A stretch of 64,000 nucleotides of DNA, from NCBI GenBank assembly GCA_032718475.1, contig JAUCBJ010003020.1, positions 1,914-65,913 on the forward strand, given 5' to 3'. This document shows positions 12,176-24,653 of the stretch, in pieces (the stretch's first letter is position 1; each line of letters starts with the position of its first letter). The notes under the pieces were generated by a model. The model was not told the DNA's origin. It saw nothing but the letters and a program-made list of their open reading frames with translations, and did not search any database. A program made the translations under genes and the position numbers. The stretch comes from Nemertoderma westbladi. Lineage: Eukaryota; Animalia; Xenacoelomorpha.

Positions 12176-13844
12176 GGGGTATAACTTTTGCGTAGAGGTA
12201 TAGCCTACATAGAGGCTACATGTAGGTATGTGTAGCCTACATGTAGATGCACGTGTAGGGTGAATGTAGGTAGGTGTAGGTAGGTCTTTAAAAACAACAA
12301 TGATGAATGAATAGGCCTACACGGGGTACCCGGACCCGAACTTCCTCGATGAGATGCGAATGCGGCGAACGGGGGTGGTACCCGGAACAACCATGAAGAG
12401 ATGCGCATATGGCGGGCGGTGGTACCCGAAACAACCAGGAGGAGATGCGAATACGTCGAATGGGGGTCCCCTGAATACCCACGAGACGGAGCCTATCAAT
12501 ACTACAGTACTGACAAAGGAAAAAACGACTGAACGATATACCGATACATACTGTAGATCTTATGATCCTGCGGGTTCGGGCATGGAGGCTAATGACTTTG
12601 TATGGGCCGAACGGCCCGAACCTTATGTTTCCAGTCAAGGAGGAATCGACTAACGGTTCGGGTTAGAGCTCGTCGTCGGTGTCCATGAGGGTCTGAGGAT
12701 GAGTGGGTAATTCAACAAAACGCTAACAATGATACCGGACTGACTGATTGAACCAGAGTGGCGATGGTAGTCGCTGATGTATATATATTATATATATCAT
12801 GTATTGATTGTTAGTAGATATTTTTTTATAGTATTTGTTTATTAAATTGTCTTCAATGTCTATATTGATAATATTGTGTGCTGTGCTGATTTTACTTATT
12901 TTTCACTTTATAAATCTTGCTGTGGCCGTTTTAATCTACTAAACTGCCGTATCAATTTCATGATATTTTAATGGATATGCAATTTAACTTCTTCTTTCTA
13001 TTAACTTTCAATGCAATCAAATATAACTGTAAAGCTATTGACTTTCGTGTTATTGTTTTGCTGTTACTTCGAGATGGGATTTGAATCCCATCGGATTACT
13101 GATTAATTCCCATCATCGAGATGGGAATACTTTATAATGAAACAGTGTGGTGGTCCGCGGGATAGTGGGAAGGGATGGGACTGTTGCTGGTTGGTGGAAT
13201 GTGACTGCCTGAAAAATTAAAACAAACAAAACTTCCAGACTTCTATATTTTTACTTTCAAAACAAAACGTCCAAAACATTTCAATGCTGAAGTACTGTTC
13301 AAGTCCCATGGATGTATGGTTGATAAACAGATAAAGAGGGGCAGAGGGGGGTCAGGGTTTCTGGTAGACTATAGTCCCCGCGATGATGGCTGTTCTTGTT
13401 TAGGCTGTTAGGTTACTCTTACTCAATAAACATATAAATCAGAACGAGTTAATCTAATGGAACGATGCCTTTCGTGGCGTTAGCATACTCAAATTTATTA
13501 GGGCATAATATTTATGACGATGAGTAAGGGACTTTAGTATAATCAGAACGCGATGTTTGATATTTATACAGTACTGCAGTACGGTATGCATTAAAACCTG
13601 TTGTCTGACAGCAGACAGGTCTGCAGGTTGATGTACCGTATTGTACCGTGGAGATCAGAGATTATTGCCATACATCCTGATTGACGACCGTGTATCACGT
13701 TACTGCAAGTTGACACATAAATTACATTAATATCTATGGGACTACACCTACCTACATTCACCCTACACGTGCATCTACATGTAGGCTACACATACCTACA
13801 TGAAGCCTCTATGTAGGCTATACCTCTACGCAAAAGATATACCC
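12176..13844. repeat. ~103-bp inverted repeat pair (12176-12280 / 13742-13844) around a 1.46-kb spacer
   Basis: GGGTATAACTTTTGCGTAGAGGTATAGCCTACATAGAGGC...GTAGGTAGGTGTAG versus its reverse complement, about 2 mismatches. Confidence 0.9.
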
Positions 13845-16149
13845 AGCCTATGGTAGCATGTAGGCTAGGTAGTACAGTCAGACAGTAGACTGGTAGCAGG
13901 TGGTAGGCAGGGCAGGGTGCAAGGTGGGTAGGTCATAGAGGCCCTAATTCGAGTACGTCGGCCTGGGCCTGCAGGCCTATTCACCTACCCACTACCAGCC
14001 TACCATATCCAATATCAGTGTTGAGTGTTTGAGACAGATCCCTAGCACCTTATAGGGTAGAGCCACTCTTGCACTCTAAGTTGACTCGGAGTTGTTACAA
14101 TTTACAAATAGTATCAACAAATAGTGTACCAGAGGTACCACCAGGGTACCGGTACCTTCTGACCTAGTTTGTCTGAGTGTCTGACTGTACCGCGGTAGCT
14201 TACCCATGCCAGCATGCAGATGTTAGTTAGTACAGTAGTATGTACGCCGAACATATTGCACTAAAACGAAAGAAGTACAGGCAGGGCAGTCTCGTACCGG
14301 TACCTTAAAACGCCACTGAACAACTGAAGCCTGAGCTGAGCTGCATGCAATAAGCTAGTCAGCTGATACTGACTAAATTTCATATACTGTAGCGATCAGC
14401 TGACATTATTTATCTTGGTATTTCCCAAAAAGTGAAGGGATTTTGATGCTTTTGAGGTTGATCCAGAACATTTATACTCACTGTTATACCAATGGAATGA
14501 GCCCCGACTCCAAAGTATAAACTATAAAGTGCCTTCCTTATATCTTAACGACAATGAAGTTTTGATAAGGTTGAGTTTGAGGGCTCGGCGTATTATATTA
14601 TACTTCCAAGCAAAATAATCTTATTGAAGTGGTTTATCGAAAAAATTGTGACAAAGGTGCCAACAGTTTTTTGTGAGTACTGTGGGTACATAGATGACAC
14701 AATCCCATGTTCCAATAAATATTTGTAGTGTAACATATACAGTATTGATTGCTGGAAATCTTAATGAAATCGGCATAATCCAAGCCAAACATAATATAGA
14801 GTAAATCAATGGAGAATAAGAGCCGAAATAGCGATGTTCCAGAATATTTAATTTATTGTGCGATTAGCTGTGATTCAATGGGAAAGAAATACAAGTTCAT
14901 TCTCCTGTCGTACAATAATATACCTGCCAACTCCCGAATAAGTTTAGATGGCTTTTTTTTTTATTAATGGTTGGCATCCACCTGATTTTTGTACTTCAAG
15001 ACATGGCGAATCCAGCTAGGCCGGATGCCTCATCTGCATTTTTGATTTAATGCCTTTTTTTGGACTTCAAAGTTTTTTTGCTCGAAGGTGGCTTTTCGAT
15101 TTTAGGATACAAGTTCATGGTGAATGTTAGTGAATTTCGTCTCTTAACCAGTGTATAAATTGAAAGTTAATCAAAATGCATCAATGTTGTCCTGAAACTG
15201 TTAGAAACACTTTGGTAAAGAAGAAAATTTCCGAAATTCCCTTGCAGTCCGCCAACCTGCCTCTAGTAACCGCCTTGGCCACAGATTTGTGAAATTAAAT
15301 TATTAATTTATTTGTCTCACCTTTCCTTTTCCTGAGAATATCAACAAACAGTTTTAAAAATTAAAAAACCCATCACACAACGTAAATAACATCTTGGGAA
15401 CACATCAATGGCAATATAAAATCAAATAACGTCTAATGTCGCAGACCAAGGCCCATTATTTGGACCAGAGTAATTTACACAAGTATCAAAATATTAAGTT
15501 TATGTGGAAAATTCGTGTAACTTTACTCAACTATTTTCTCCCATATTTGTAATTATTTGAAAATATCACTTACAGCTCAGTAGCATGGTGATACTTCCTT
15601 TCATATTGTACATTTACAGTCCAGACAATTTAATAAGAATTAAATTTAACAATATAACTATAATGCAGTTTTCCCTAGTTTACCTTACCAGAGTTTTGAA
15701 AGATTATGTGACACACGTCGCATAGCTATATCCTTCGACTGTTAGTCATCATCCTATCGTGACTTGGGGAATATTGTTTAATATAAATATGAATTTTAAA
15801 GTATATCGGGCGTTTATCGAGACCTACAGTTAATAGTTAACTCACTCCAAATTCTGCTAAGATATTAATTTTGCAACAGGCAGGTACATCACACTATTCA
15901 CCGTTTCGGCGAATTAATATTTTGTCTCAATGTTAAATTATCATATAATAATCATTTAGAGAAAGGAACAGTTTACATTGGCACGTTATTCGAACCAAAA
16001 TAATAAACGAATCTCAACAGAACAGATTGGAGTTTAATTTTTGAGAGTTGTCAGGTTTTATTTGCCTCGATTTTCCCCTGGAGAGGGATCAATTTTGATT
16101 GCGTCGAAACTATCACTTGCATATGCCTATTATTATTATTACGACTTGT

Positions 16150-17960
16150 TGGAAATGGATGGTGACGAACATATTCCTCCTCTTGAAAGGAAAACTTGGC
16201 AGAATGTGGTTTGTGAAGAGACATGAATAATATATGGAGCAAAGAAAGATGATGTGGAAATTTCTACCAGAATCTACAAGCAGCTACTGATGGTGTGGAT
16301 CAGCATGCATTCTTAATTTGCCTGGGTGACTTTAATGCAAGTCTACATCACTCATCTACATTTCATACTGGACCAAGTGGTCACAGGTCCCAGATAGACC
16401 ATATTCTGTTTCGTAGTAAATACAGGAGCACTGTTCTGTACAAGGCTGAAGTGTATTTGCACTTCGACCCTTATCCAGTTATTACCGCCTTATTGTGGCC
16501 AAGGAAGACTTAGTCACCCCGCGCTAGCAGAATTACGAAATATGCCTTGCCGCGGCATGACTGGTCCTCTTTGTTGCAACACCCCAGTTGTGAGATCCAG
16601 CTGCACACTACAGCTGAGCAACAGGTATGAGGTTCTCGCCTCTGCTGAGGCGGCAAATCACTGCGTGGGCTATACTGCCTTCACAGAAGCAGTTAAGTTA
16701 GCAGCTGCAGAAACAGTTCCTGTATACCCTCCATGAAATAGCCCCCCCCCCCCCCCCCCACCCCCCTCCCGGACTGACCACAGAATTCTAAGACATAGAA
16801 TAAGTCCCGCCGACTCGGGCACACGGGGAAAGCCAAGGATGCAGTTATGGCTGCATCTTAACAGGCAGTACTCTGATAATTTGAAGGAGCTTATCAAAAG
16901 GCATGTTGTTGCCATTTGCCATTGACAATGCTCTGATGATTGCAGGCAATCAGCCCAGGCATGGCAATCAATAAACATGCTCACTGGGAGGAAAAATCAA
17001 CCAACCACTAAGAAGGTTAAGCTGAATCTCCAGCTGAACTCATCAAAAGTTGGAAGGCCAATTTTGAGAAGCTTCTAAACAATGACAGAGTTTTGCTTGA
17101 TAACTTTGAGGTACATTGAGTATCTGAGTCTATGCTCACAGACATCTCCTTGGCTGAAATCAAGACTTCAGTAAGGAACATCAAGACCAATCGTGCCAGT
17201 GGAGTAGATGGCGTTCCTCCGGAAGTCTTTAAGATTCTTGAGTGTTTGGAGCTCATTAACTCCATTTTTGTGGATATGTATAGGTCAAAGACAGTCCGTC
17301 AAGAAATGAAAACAAATATGTTGGTCCCTGCCCTGAAGAAGGGCAACCTAACAACCTATGGATCTTTTCGTGGAATCTCGTTAATCTCGATTGCTGTAAA
17401 GCAATGCAACATAATTAATTATATTAAATTGCATCAGGGATCCCGTTGGAAAACTGTTACGTGGGAACCAAAATGGGTTCCGTAAAGGTCGTGGGACACG
17501 AAGCCTAAACTGGCACTTAGAAGAATAGTCGAAGAGTTATCAACAAAGAAAGACAGACATCTGGCTATTACCTTTGTTGATTTCTTTAAGGCCTTCGACT
17601 CAGTCTCCCGACCACGTATGTATGTTCAGCATACTGGCAGAATATGGGATTCCTGAGGAAATTATTGCAGCTATCAGATCACTGTATGATGGTTCCACCA
17701 CATTTGCCTCTACAGCTGATGGTGATACAGATCCATTCGAAGTGTTATGGGGAGTCCTCCAAGGAGACACACTTACACCATTCTTCTTCGTAATTGTTGA
17801 TTATGTTCTACGTATGTCCTTAGACCATCTTAATAAAGATGGGGTGATTATAACACCCCCTACTGGCACAAAAAGTAGAGTAGAAAAAGTAGAGGTAACT
17901 CCAAGAAGACTAAAATCATGACAGTGAACCCAGACAGCCCTCAAGAAATGTCTGATCGTA
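16150..17960 (+). mobile_element. Degenerate RTE-clade LINE (APE endonuclease and RT fragments)
   Basis: ICLGDFNA, SQIDHILF, RASGVDGVPPEVFK, KKGNL...FRGISL, GVLQGDTLTPFFF, DYVLRMSLD; frameshifted; related to the younger minus-strand copies. Confidence 0.88.
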
Positions 17961-18053
17961 AGGGGATAAGCTCACTCAAGACAATTCGATTCGATTTTTC
18001 CTTTTGTAGGATTTTGTCTTCCTAATCTAGAGTGTGGTGTCTGTCTTTAGTCG

Positions 18054-18261
18054 TATGTAGTATACTTTGTTATTATGCAGTATGCTTTGTTATTATGCAG
18101 TACGCTTTGCTATTATGCAGTATGCTTTGTTATTATGTAGTATGCTTTGTTGTTATGCAGTATACTTTGTTATTATGCAATATGCTTTGTTATTATGCAG
18201 TATGCTTTGTTATTATGCAGTATGCTGTGCTATTATGCAGTATGCTTTGTTGTTACGCAGT
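18054..18261. repeat. 20-bp minisatellite (~10 copies) ending ~30 nt before the KAT7 acceptor
   Basis: Unit TATGCTTTGTTATTATGCAG. Confidence 0.95.
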
Positions 18262-18292
18262 AACATCGATAACATTCCCGTTATTTTTCTAG

Positions 18293-19186
18293 GAAATCCA
18301 ACGCTCTGGACTGCGAGAAGGTAAAGTGAAACTGGTACAGATGGGGCGATACGAGATGGAGTCGTGGTACGCTCCGCGGTACCCAGACGAATATAACGAC
18401 GTCTACAAACTCTACCTGTGTCAGCACTGTCTCAAATACTATAAGAGCTCCACAAAACTAGAACGACACAATACCAAGTGCACGCTACGGCATCCCCCGG
18501 GCAACGAGGTATATCGCAAGAGAGGCATGTCCTTCTGGGAGGTAGACGGCGTTGTCTCGCGAACCTACTGCCAGAACCTCTGTCTGTTAGCCAAACTCTT
18601 CCTCGACCATAAGACCCTGTACTGGGATGTAGAGCCTTTCCTCTTCTACGTCCTCACTGAGTATGTCGGATCTTCATTCAACATCGTCGGATACTTCTCC
18701 AAGGAGAAGACCTCGGATGGTAACAACGTGAGCTGCATCCTTACACTCCCCCCATATATGCGACAAGGTTACGGACGACTTCTGATCGATTTCAGCTATC
18801 TGCTGAGTCGCGTTGAGGGCCGTCATGGCACGCCAGAACGACCGCTATCCGATATGGGGTTGCTAAGTTACCGCGCCTACTGGAAGGACGTGCTACTCGA
18901 ACATATCGCGTCGTGTAAATCCGATGAGTTATCGGTAAAGGCGATATCGGCGGCGACGTCTATAAAACAGGAAGATTTGATCTCGACTCTGCAGTCCATG
19001 GGTCTGCTCAAGTATTGGAGGGGAAAGCACATAATCCTTCGTAACCAGGAAATGTTGGAGGAATACGGGATTAAAGTGAAACAGAGGAAAGATTCTGGCA
19101 AGGTGTTGGCACCGACTCATCTACAATGGGAAGTCCCTCAGTGTAGTCGTCGAGATGGCACATCAAACACAGCCGCCAGGAAATAA
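18293..19186 (+). CDS. KAT7: KAT7/HBO1-type MYST acetyltransferase domain, last coding exon
   Basis: Acceptor tttttctAG|GAA, phase 0. GRYEMESWY, C2HC finger, HPPGNEVYR, YCQNLCLLAKLFLDHKTLY, NVSCILTLPPYMRQGYG, GTPERPLSD, LLKYWRGKH. The short C-terminus fits KAT7 rather than KAT6. Confidence 0.95.
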   Translation, partial: EIQRSGLREGKVKLVQMGRYEMESWYAPRYPDEYNDVYKLYLCQHCLKYYKSSTKLERHNTKCTLRHPPGNEVYRKRGMSFWEVDGVVSRTYCQNLCLLAKLFLDHKTLYWDVEPFLFYVLTEYVGSSFNIVGYFSKEKTSDGNNVSCILTLPPYMRQGYGRLLIDFSYLLSRVEGRHGTPERPLSDMGLLSYRAYWKDVLLEHIASCKSDELSVKAISAATSIKQEDLISTLQSMGLLKYWRGKHIILRNQEMLEEYGIKVKQRKDSGKVLAPTHLQWEVPQCSRRDGTSNTAARK

Positions 19187-20569
19187 ACTCTTCTTCTAAC
19201 TTATATGACTCTCAGCTCGGTAATGCGTATATCGAGAATATATTATTGTACTGTAAAAGAAAGTGTTAGTTCATTCATTAAATTCGATAGATTATAAGGC
19301 ATTCAAACTGTAGTTATTACATTGTTTTATAAAATGTTTCCTGAAAACCAAATTTATATTTAGGGTCAGGAATAGGTTACTGTGTCCGACGAGGAGAGAG
19401 TCAATAGTGCGGGTTACTGTTTACTTTTGTTCCATTAATAACCCCCCCCCCCCCCCCCCTCCCCCAGCCCTTGTTTCAAATCTTAGTCTTAATATAGAGG
19501 GTAAAGAAAGAGTTGGGTAGTTATGAGTATTGAACCTTGGGAGTTCGTGTGGCGCCCGCGCGCCCTCATTATTTGTTCCTGTAAAGTGCTAAATAACACG
19601 TAAGTAAAGCGAAATGGGGCCAAGACTTCCTTCCCCGACTTACAGAGCCTTGTGCAGCTCTACTTCAATTGAGAATTAATGTTCCCCTCGTTTATTATAC
19701 CAAAGGCACTCAATCCATTTATTTATTACTTACAAAGGCAAGGAGTATGAATAACGACACTGTTTACGTCCCTTCTTGGTACCGGTACCCACTGCGACTG
19801 CAGGATTTTTAATATTTCCCATTATTGGAATATCGAATTGTTCGTTTCAAATTACCCCTATAGCTATAAAGCTCGCTGAGAAGGGACTAGCGTGCTGGCC
19901 TCCTACCAGTTTATTGTTGGGCAGGGCATTGCTAGGATTAATTTACGGTTACCATAGTTCGAACTTTTAATTGATCAACTTTTGCAGCTATTATCCGGCT
20001 ATACAATGGATTTCAATGTTAATCGCATTCGCCTTCATTATATTACTTCAGGGGCGTTTCCACTCAATTCCGACCACTTTACAGTACTACCAAACTAAGG
20101 GTGTGTCAGATAAAAACGCTCTATTATTCCGCTAAAACTATGGACATTATGGTTTTTTACCTATTAGTAAATAACATTCTGCAACTTAGGCAAACCTCCT
20201 AAACCGCACGATACGAATAAAATCGGAAAGGATATTCGAAATAAGGCGCAAAATTGTCATTTTTAATATAGGCATGTAAAACTGACAGTGTTGGAGCTTT
20301 TATTATAGATAAGCCAATGTTCCCGTGTAGCAGTGTTCCACTGCGGTGTAATCTCCAGTGTAGTCAGGTGGAAGACAGCGACTCCACTGTTGATGACTAC
20401 ACAGCAAAATCTCTAGTCTTCCAAACGACAACCAGAATGTTTGTAAAGTACCAATGTTTGTCAACAAAGGATTTATTCATCACGAAGTTTGCAAACCAAT
20501 GCAATGGCTTGAAAAATTGTGTATAGATATATACCTTACATAGGTAGGAAAGGGATGTGTTGCTAAACA

Positions 20570-21449
20570 AGGGTTTAGTGGGGATTATGTTTACCAGCCA
20601 AGGCCAATGGTTTAATGGGGATTATTTTTACCAGCCAGGGCCAATGAATGGGGATTATGTTTACCACCAAGACCATTGGTTTAATGGGGATTATTATTAT
20701 TATTATGTTTACCCGCCAAGGCCAACAATGGTTTAATGGGGATTATTTTTACCAGCCAGGGCCAATGGTTTAATGGGGATTATGTTTACCAGCCAAGTGG
20801 GGATTATGTTTACCAGCCAAGACCAATGGTTTAATGGGATTATGTTTACCAGCCAGGGCCAATATAATGGGGATTATGTTTACCAGCGAAGCCAATCGTT
20901 TAAAGGGCTTTATGTTTACCACCCAAGCCAATCTTTTAATGGAGATTATGTTTACCACCAAGACCAAGGGTTTAATGGGGATTATGTTTGCCAGCCAACT
21001 GATCTATGACAATTTGGTTTAATGGGGATTATGTTTACCACCAAGACCAAGGGTATAATGGGGATTATGTTTGCCAGCCAACTGATCCATGACCATTGGT
21101 TTAATGGGGATTATGTTTACCACTAAGACCAAGGGTTTAATGGGGATTATGTTTACCAGTCAAGGCCAATGGTTTGGTTTAATGGGGATTATGTTTACCA
21201 CCAAGACCAAGGGTTTAATGAGGATTATGTTTGCCAGTCAAGGCCAATGGTTTGGTTTAATGGGGATTATGTTTACAAGCCAAGGCCAATAGTTTAATGG
21301 GGATTATGTTTACCAGCCAAGCCAATCGTTTAATGGGGATTATGTTTACCACCAAGACCAAGGGTTTAATGGGGATTATGTTTGCCAGCCACTTGCGCCA
21401 AGACCAATAGTTTAATGGGATTATATTTAACAGCCAAGGCCAATGGTTT
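20570..21449. repeat. Diverged ~37-bp minisatellite (~23 copies)
   Basis: Unit approx. GGTTTAATGGGGATTATGTTTACCAGCCAAGGCCAAT. Confidence 0.92.
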
Positions 21450-23308
21450 TTTAAATCTCTGTTTTGCCAACCAAGCCTCTAGCTATCACAGTATTTGTAA
21501 ACTAAACTAAAACACGGATTGTGCTTGCCACCATTATTTTCCAAACAAGTGACTTTACTCATGAATGTGATTTAATCAAATTAGCAGCTGTTTCCATCGA
21601 ACCGTTTTGGAGACTGTAACTTTGTTGTGAGGTTTTCTGACAACTAAATCACAAGTCTTCCTTGCGGTATGTGGAGATTATTCAATAGTCGACGAATTAT
21701 CTTACAACTTGAAGGTAGACAGTAACATTGCGGTGAATATGAATTACAACAAAATCACTTGTCTTCCAACTAGTAGCAAGTTTACCAATAAGATCGTAAA
21801 ATTTGGGGATGAGAAACGATAATTTTTGTTCGGGTGAATCAATGAGTGGCGTGAGTTTACGAGCCATAGCTTAAGTTAATGGATAGAGAGGGATGAGTTT
21901 GTGGGGGAACCATTGCTTACGGTCGCGGTTAAGATTCTGGGGCTACTAGTCATTGCATCGGCAAGGAATCTAGATATAAAAATAAGATTTATATCCCGAT
22001 TAAACTGTTTTTTAGTCAAAATGCATTGATTCAAGGAGCCCGGAGAGCAAGACACTCGTAATATATGAGTTTTGGCATGTAAAACCTTAGTTTTTTTTCA
22101 CTCAGAGACCGCACGTTATAAATAGAATTAAATTCTGATAATTTTTGTTCTTACCAGGAAATGCGCAACGAAGTAGGATCCAACAATGCCAAACCCAGGG
22201 GTGAAAGTAATTCTTTATGCAATATGGTATAGAAGTCTTACGTAATAAGTCAGTTTCTAACTAATTATGTAGTGAACCTTATCCATAAAGAATCGTTTCC
22301 TTTATGGTCCAGTAGATAGAGCCCCTTTCCTACATAGTCCTTAATAGCAATGTATACCAGAGGTTGATTTCTTTTACTTACTATGGCACGGGTGACTGGA
22401 TGCGTTCATTGCCACCCCGGACACCAACCGTCAACCGATGATGTAACTCTCATAAACGTGCCTACGCCCATTTACTATCGTCGTAAATATGGAGAATGCT
22501 ACTGTAAGCCCTCACTACCACAATCTAAAAACCCTTACGGAGCCATTACCGCTGATTTCGGACTATTGCTGTAAAGGAAACCCATTCGCGGAAAGAAACC
22601 TATTGTAGGGGTTATTATTTTCTGATTATATATTGATGATGTCAGTCAGCCTGTTTATTGTGTCACGCGTCTTAAGAGATAATTTTTCGGCTGCGAATGA
22701 TTTATTGGTGTCGTTACACCGCCAGTGCGACAAGCTAACCGGGTTTGCACAACGTCCAGATCAATAAAACCGTACTCCTTCAAACGGCGAGGAAGATGAC
22801 GGCTCTACCGGTAACTGGAAACTTCATTTGTCTTGCTACACTCCATCACTCAATGCCCCCTACCTGTCACTCACACACTCTACCTTCATATTAACAATGG
22901 AATATTTATAAATATATTATTGCTTATGGCCTACGGCCTATGGCCTATGGCTTACGGCAATACTGTAATACTGATATTATGCAGTGTTCGTCGTTGTGAT
23001 CCACTTCTTTCTTACAACTGTCGTTCAAGGAAGGATGCCTGAGCATTCCATGTTTCATGGTACTTATAGAAGTGGTTGTCCCAAGTAAAAGTTTATGGGA
23101 CGAGTTATGTTTAAAAAAAACGAGCCGATTTCTGCAGTACTATGTAGGGTTAGGGTCCCAGTCATTGTGTCGTCCGTCTGTATGACAATGACAATTATTG
23201 TAAAACCTATCTGTTTCCGACGGTTTATACCTTACGTGAGTCACGTGCATGGATTTTTAATACACTTGCTTGAATAGATTAGAAACGTTCCACGTAACGG
23301 CTAGAGAC

Positions 23309-23858
23309 AGGGGGGGAAACTCGACGCAAAACCCGCCTTGGCGAATTAATATCCCGCCTCAATGTTAAATTCTCAATTTAGGGAAAGGAGCAGGTTACAG
23401 TGGCACGTTATTTTAACCAAAACAATAAACTAAACACAATAGAACAGGTTACAGTTTTATTTTTGAGAGTAATCAGCTGTTATTTGTGTCCAATTTCCCC
23501 TGAAGAGGGATAATCCTATCTGAACGGGTAACACTGGTTTGTTCTTCACAATAATTCAAAAAAGGAAAATGTTTTACAATATTGACAACTTTTACATCCC
23601 ATTTTGTGTTGACCTCAGTTTGCAGATAGGGGAGGACTCTGGGTGCAATCAAAATTCATCCTACTCCAGGGGAAAATCGACGCAGATTGCGACAGCTGAT
23701 TACTCTAAAAAAAACTGTAACCTGTTCTTTTGATTGAGTTTATTGTTTTGGTTAGAATAATAACGTACCACTGTAACATGCTCCTTTCCTCCTTTAATTT
23801 ATATTTTAACATTGAGATGTGATATTAATTCGCCGAGATGGGATTTGAGTGAAGCCCC
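23309..23858. mobile_element. Inverted pair of a ~200-bp dispersed repeat (long-TIR MITE or two opposed copies)
   Basis: 23309-23510 versus the reverse complement of 23655-23858; solo relatives near 4600-4770, 15900-16090 and 27800-27960. Confidence 0.7.
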
Positions 23859-24283
23859 ACATATTAGTTCAACCATTTAATTATAAATTACGCCAGTCGG
23901 TTTAGGCCCTGCTACCTGTATGTGAGCCTGACGGTATACCATTTGGCTCAGTGATTACTGTACTGCACTACAGTACCGTAATGATCTCCAGGCGTCAGCT
24001 GCTTACTGGTCTGTTGTTGTATTTACCTGCCTGCTTTGCGTTTGATATATATATTACGCTCTACAGTATAATATGTGGTTATTATACTTGTCGCTCACTT
24101 ACCCCACTTCATTCACTTCGCCCATTGCGTGGCTTCCTTACTTCTGGCTTTATATCATATAGTAAAGTAGGACTAATTAGCCTACTGTTTTAGGATTTTT
24201 GACAATATTGGATTAAAATATATTTATTAATCTGTTACCTTTTATATTATAATATAATTGACGAAACAAACTACCGGTACTTA

Positions 24284-24653
24284 CTCCTGGAGTCCCGAAT
24301 AGACGGGGCTATTAATTTTTGAAAAAAAATCCCACCCACAATTATCTAATTCCAGACACCCCGACTATTAATTGTTTCTAAAAATTTTGGTACATTTTTT
24401 TATTATGAGTAAATAAACGTTTGTTCTCATAATAATTATTGAGAGTTGAAAGTGAAAGAAAACAAAAATCGTGTACCGAGTATACCACCGGTAGCCGTAG
24501 GTACTACTGTACCTGTACCCCTATACAGTACAGTATGTTAAGTAAATAGGCCTAAATTTTCAAAATGTTGCACCCACCACGTTTATTCCAGCCACCCCGA
24601 CTATTAGCATAATGACATTTTTCCATCCACCCCGTCTATTCGGGACTCCAGAG
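24284..24653. mobile_element. Tc1/mariner(pogo)-type MITE
   Basis: TA|CTCCTGGAGTCCCGAATAGACGGGG ... CCCCGTCTATTCGGGACTCCAGAG|TA; TA TSD. Confidence 0.85.

Noticed and set aside
19182-19187. Stop codons of KAT7 and CDK10 both fall inside AATAAA
   Set aside because: Lys-stop (AAA TAA A) arises easily in AT-rich context; two cases are not evidence of function.
20570-21449. CRISPR-like look (constant core plus variable part), also considered for the 42-bp and 23-bp arrays
   Set aside because: Variable parts are homologous to each other rather than unique spacers; no cas genes; eukaryotic context.
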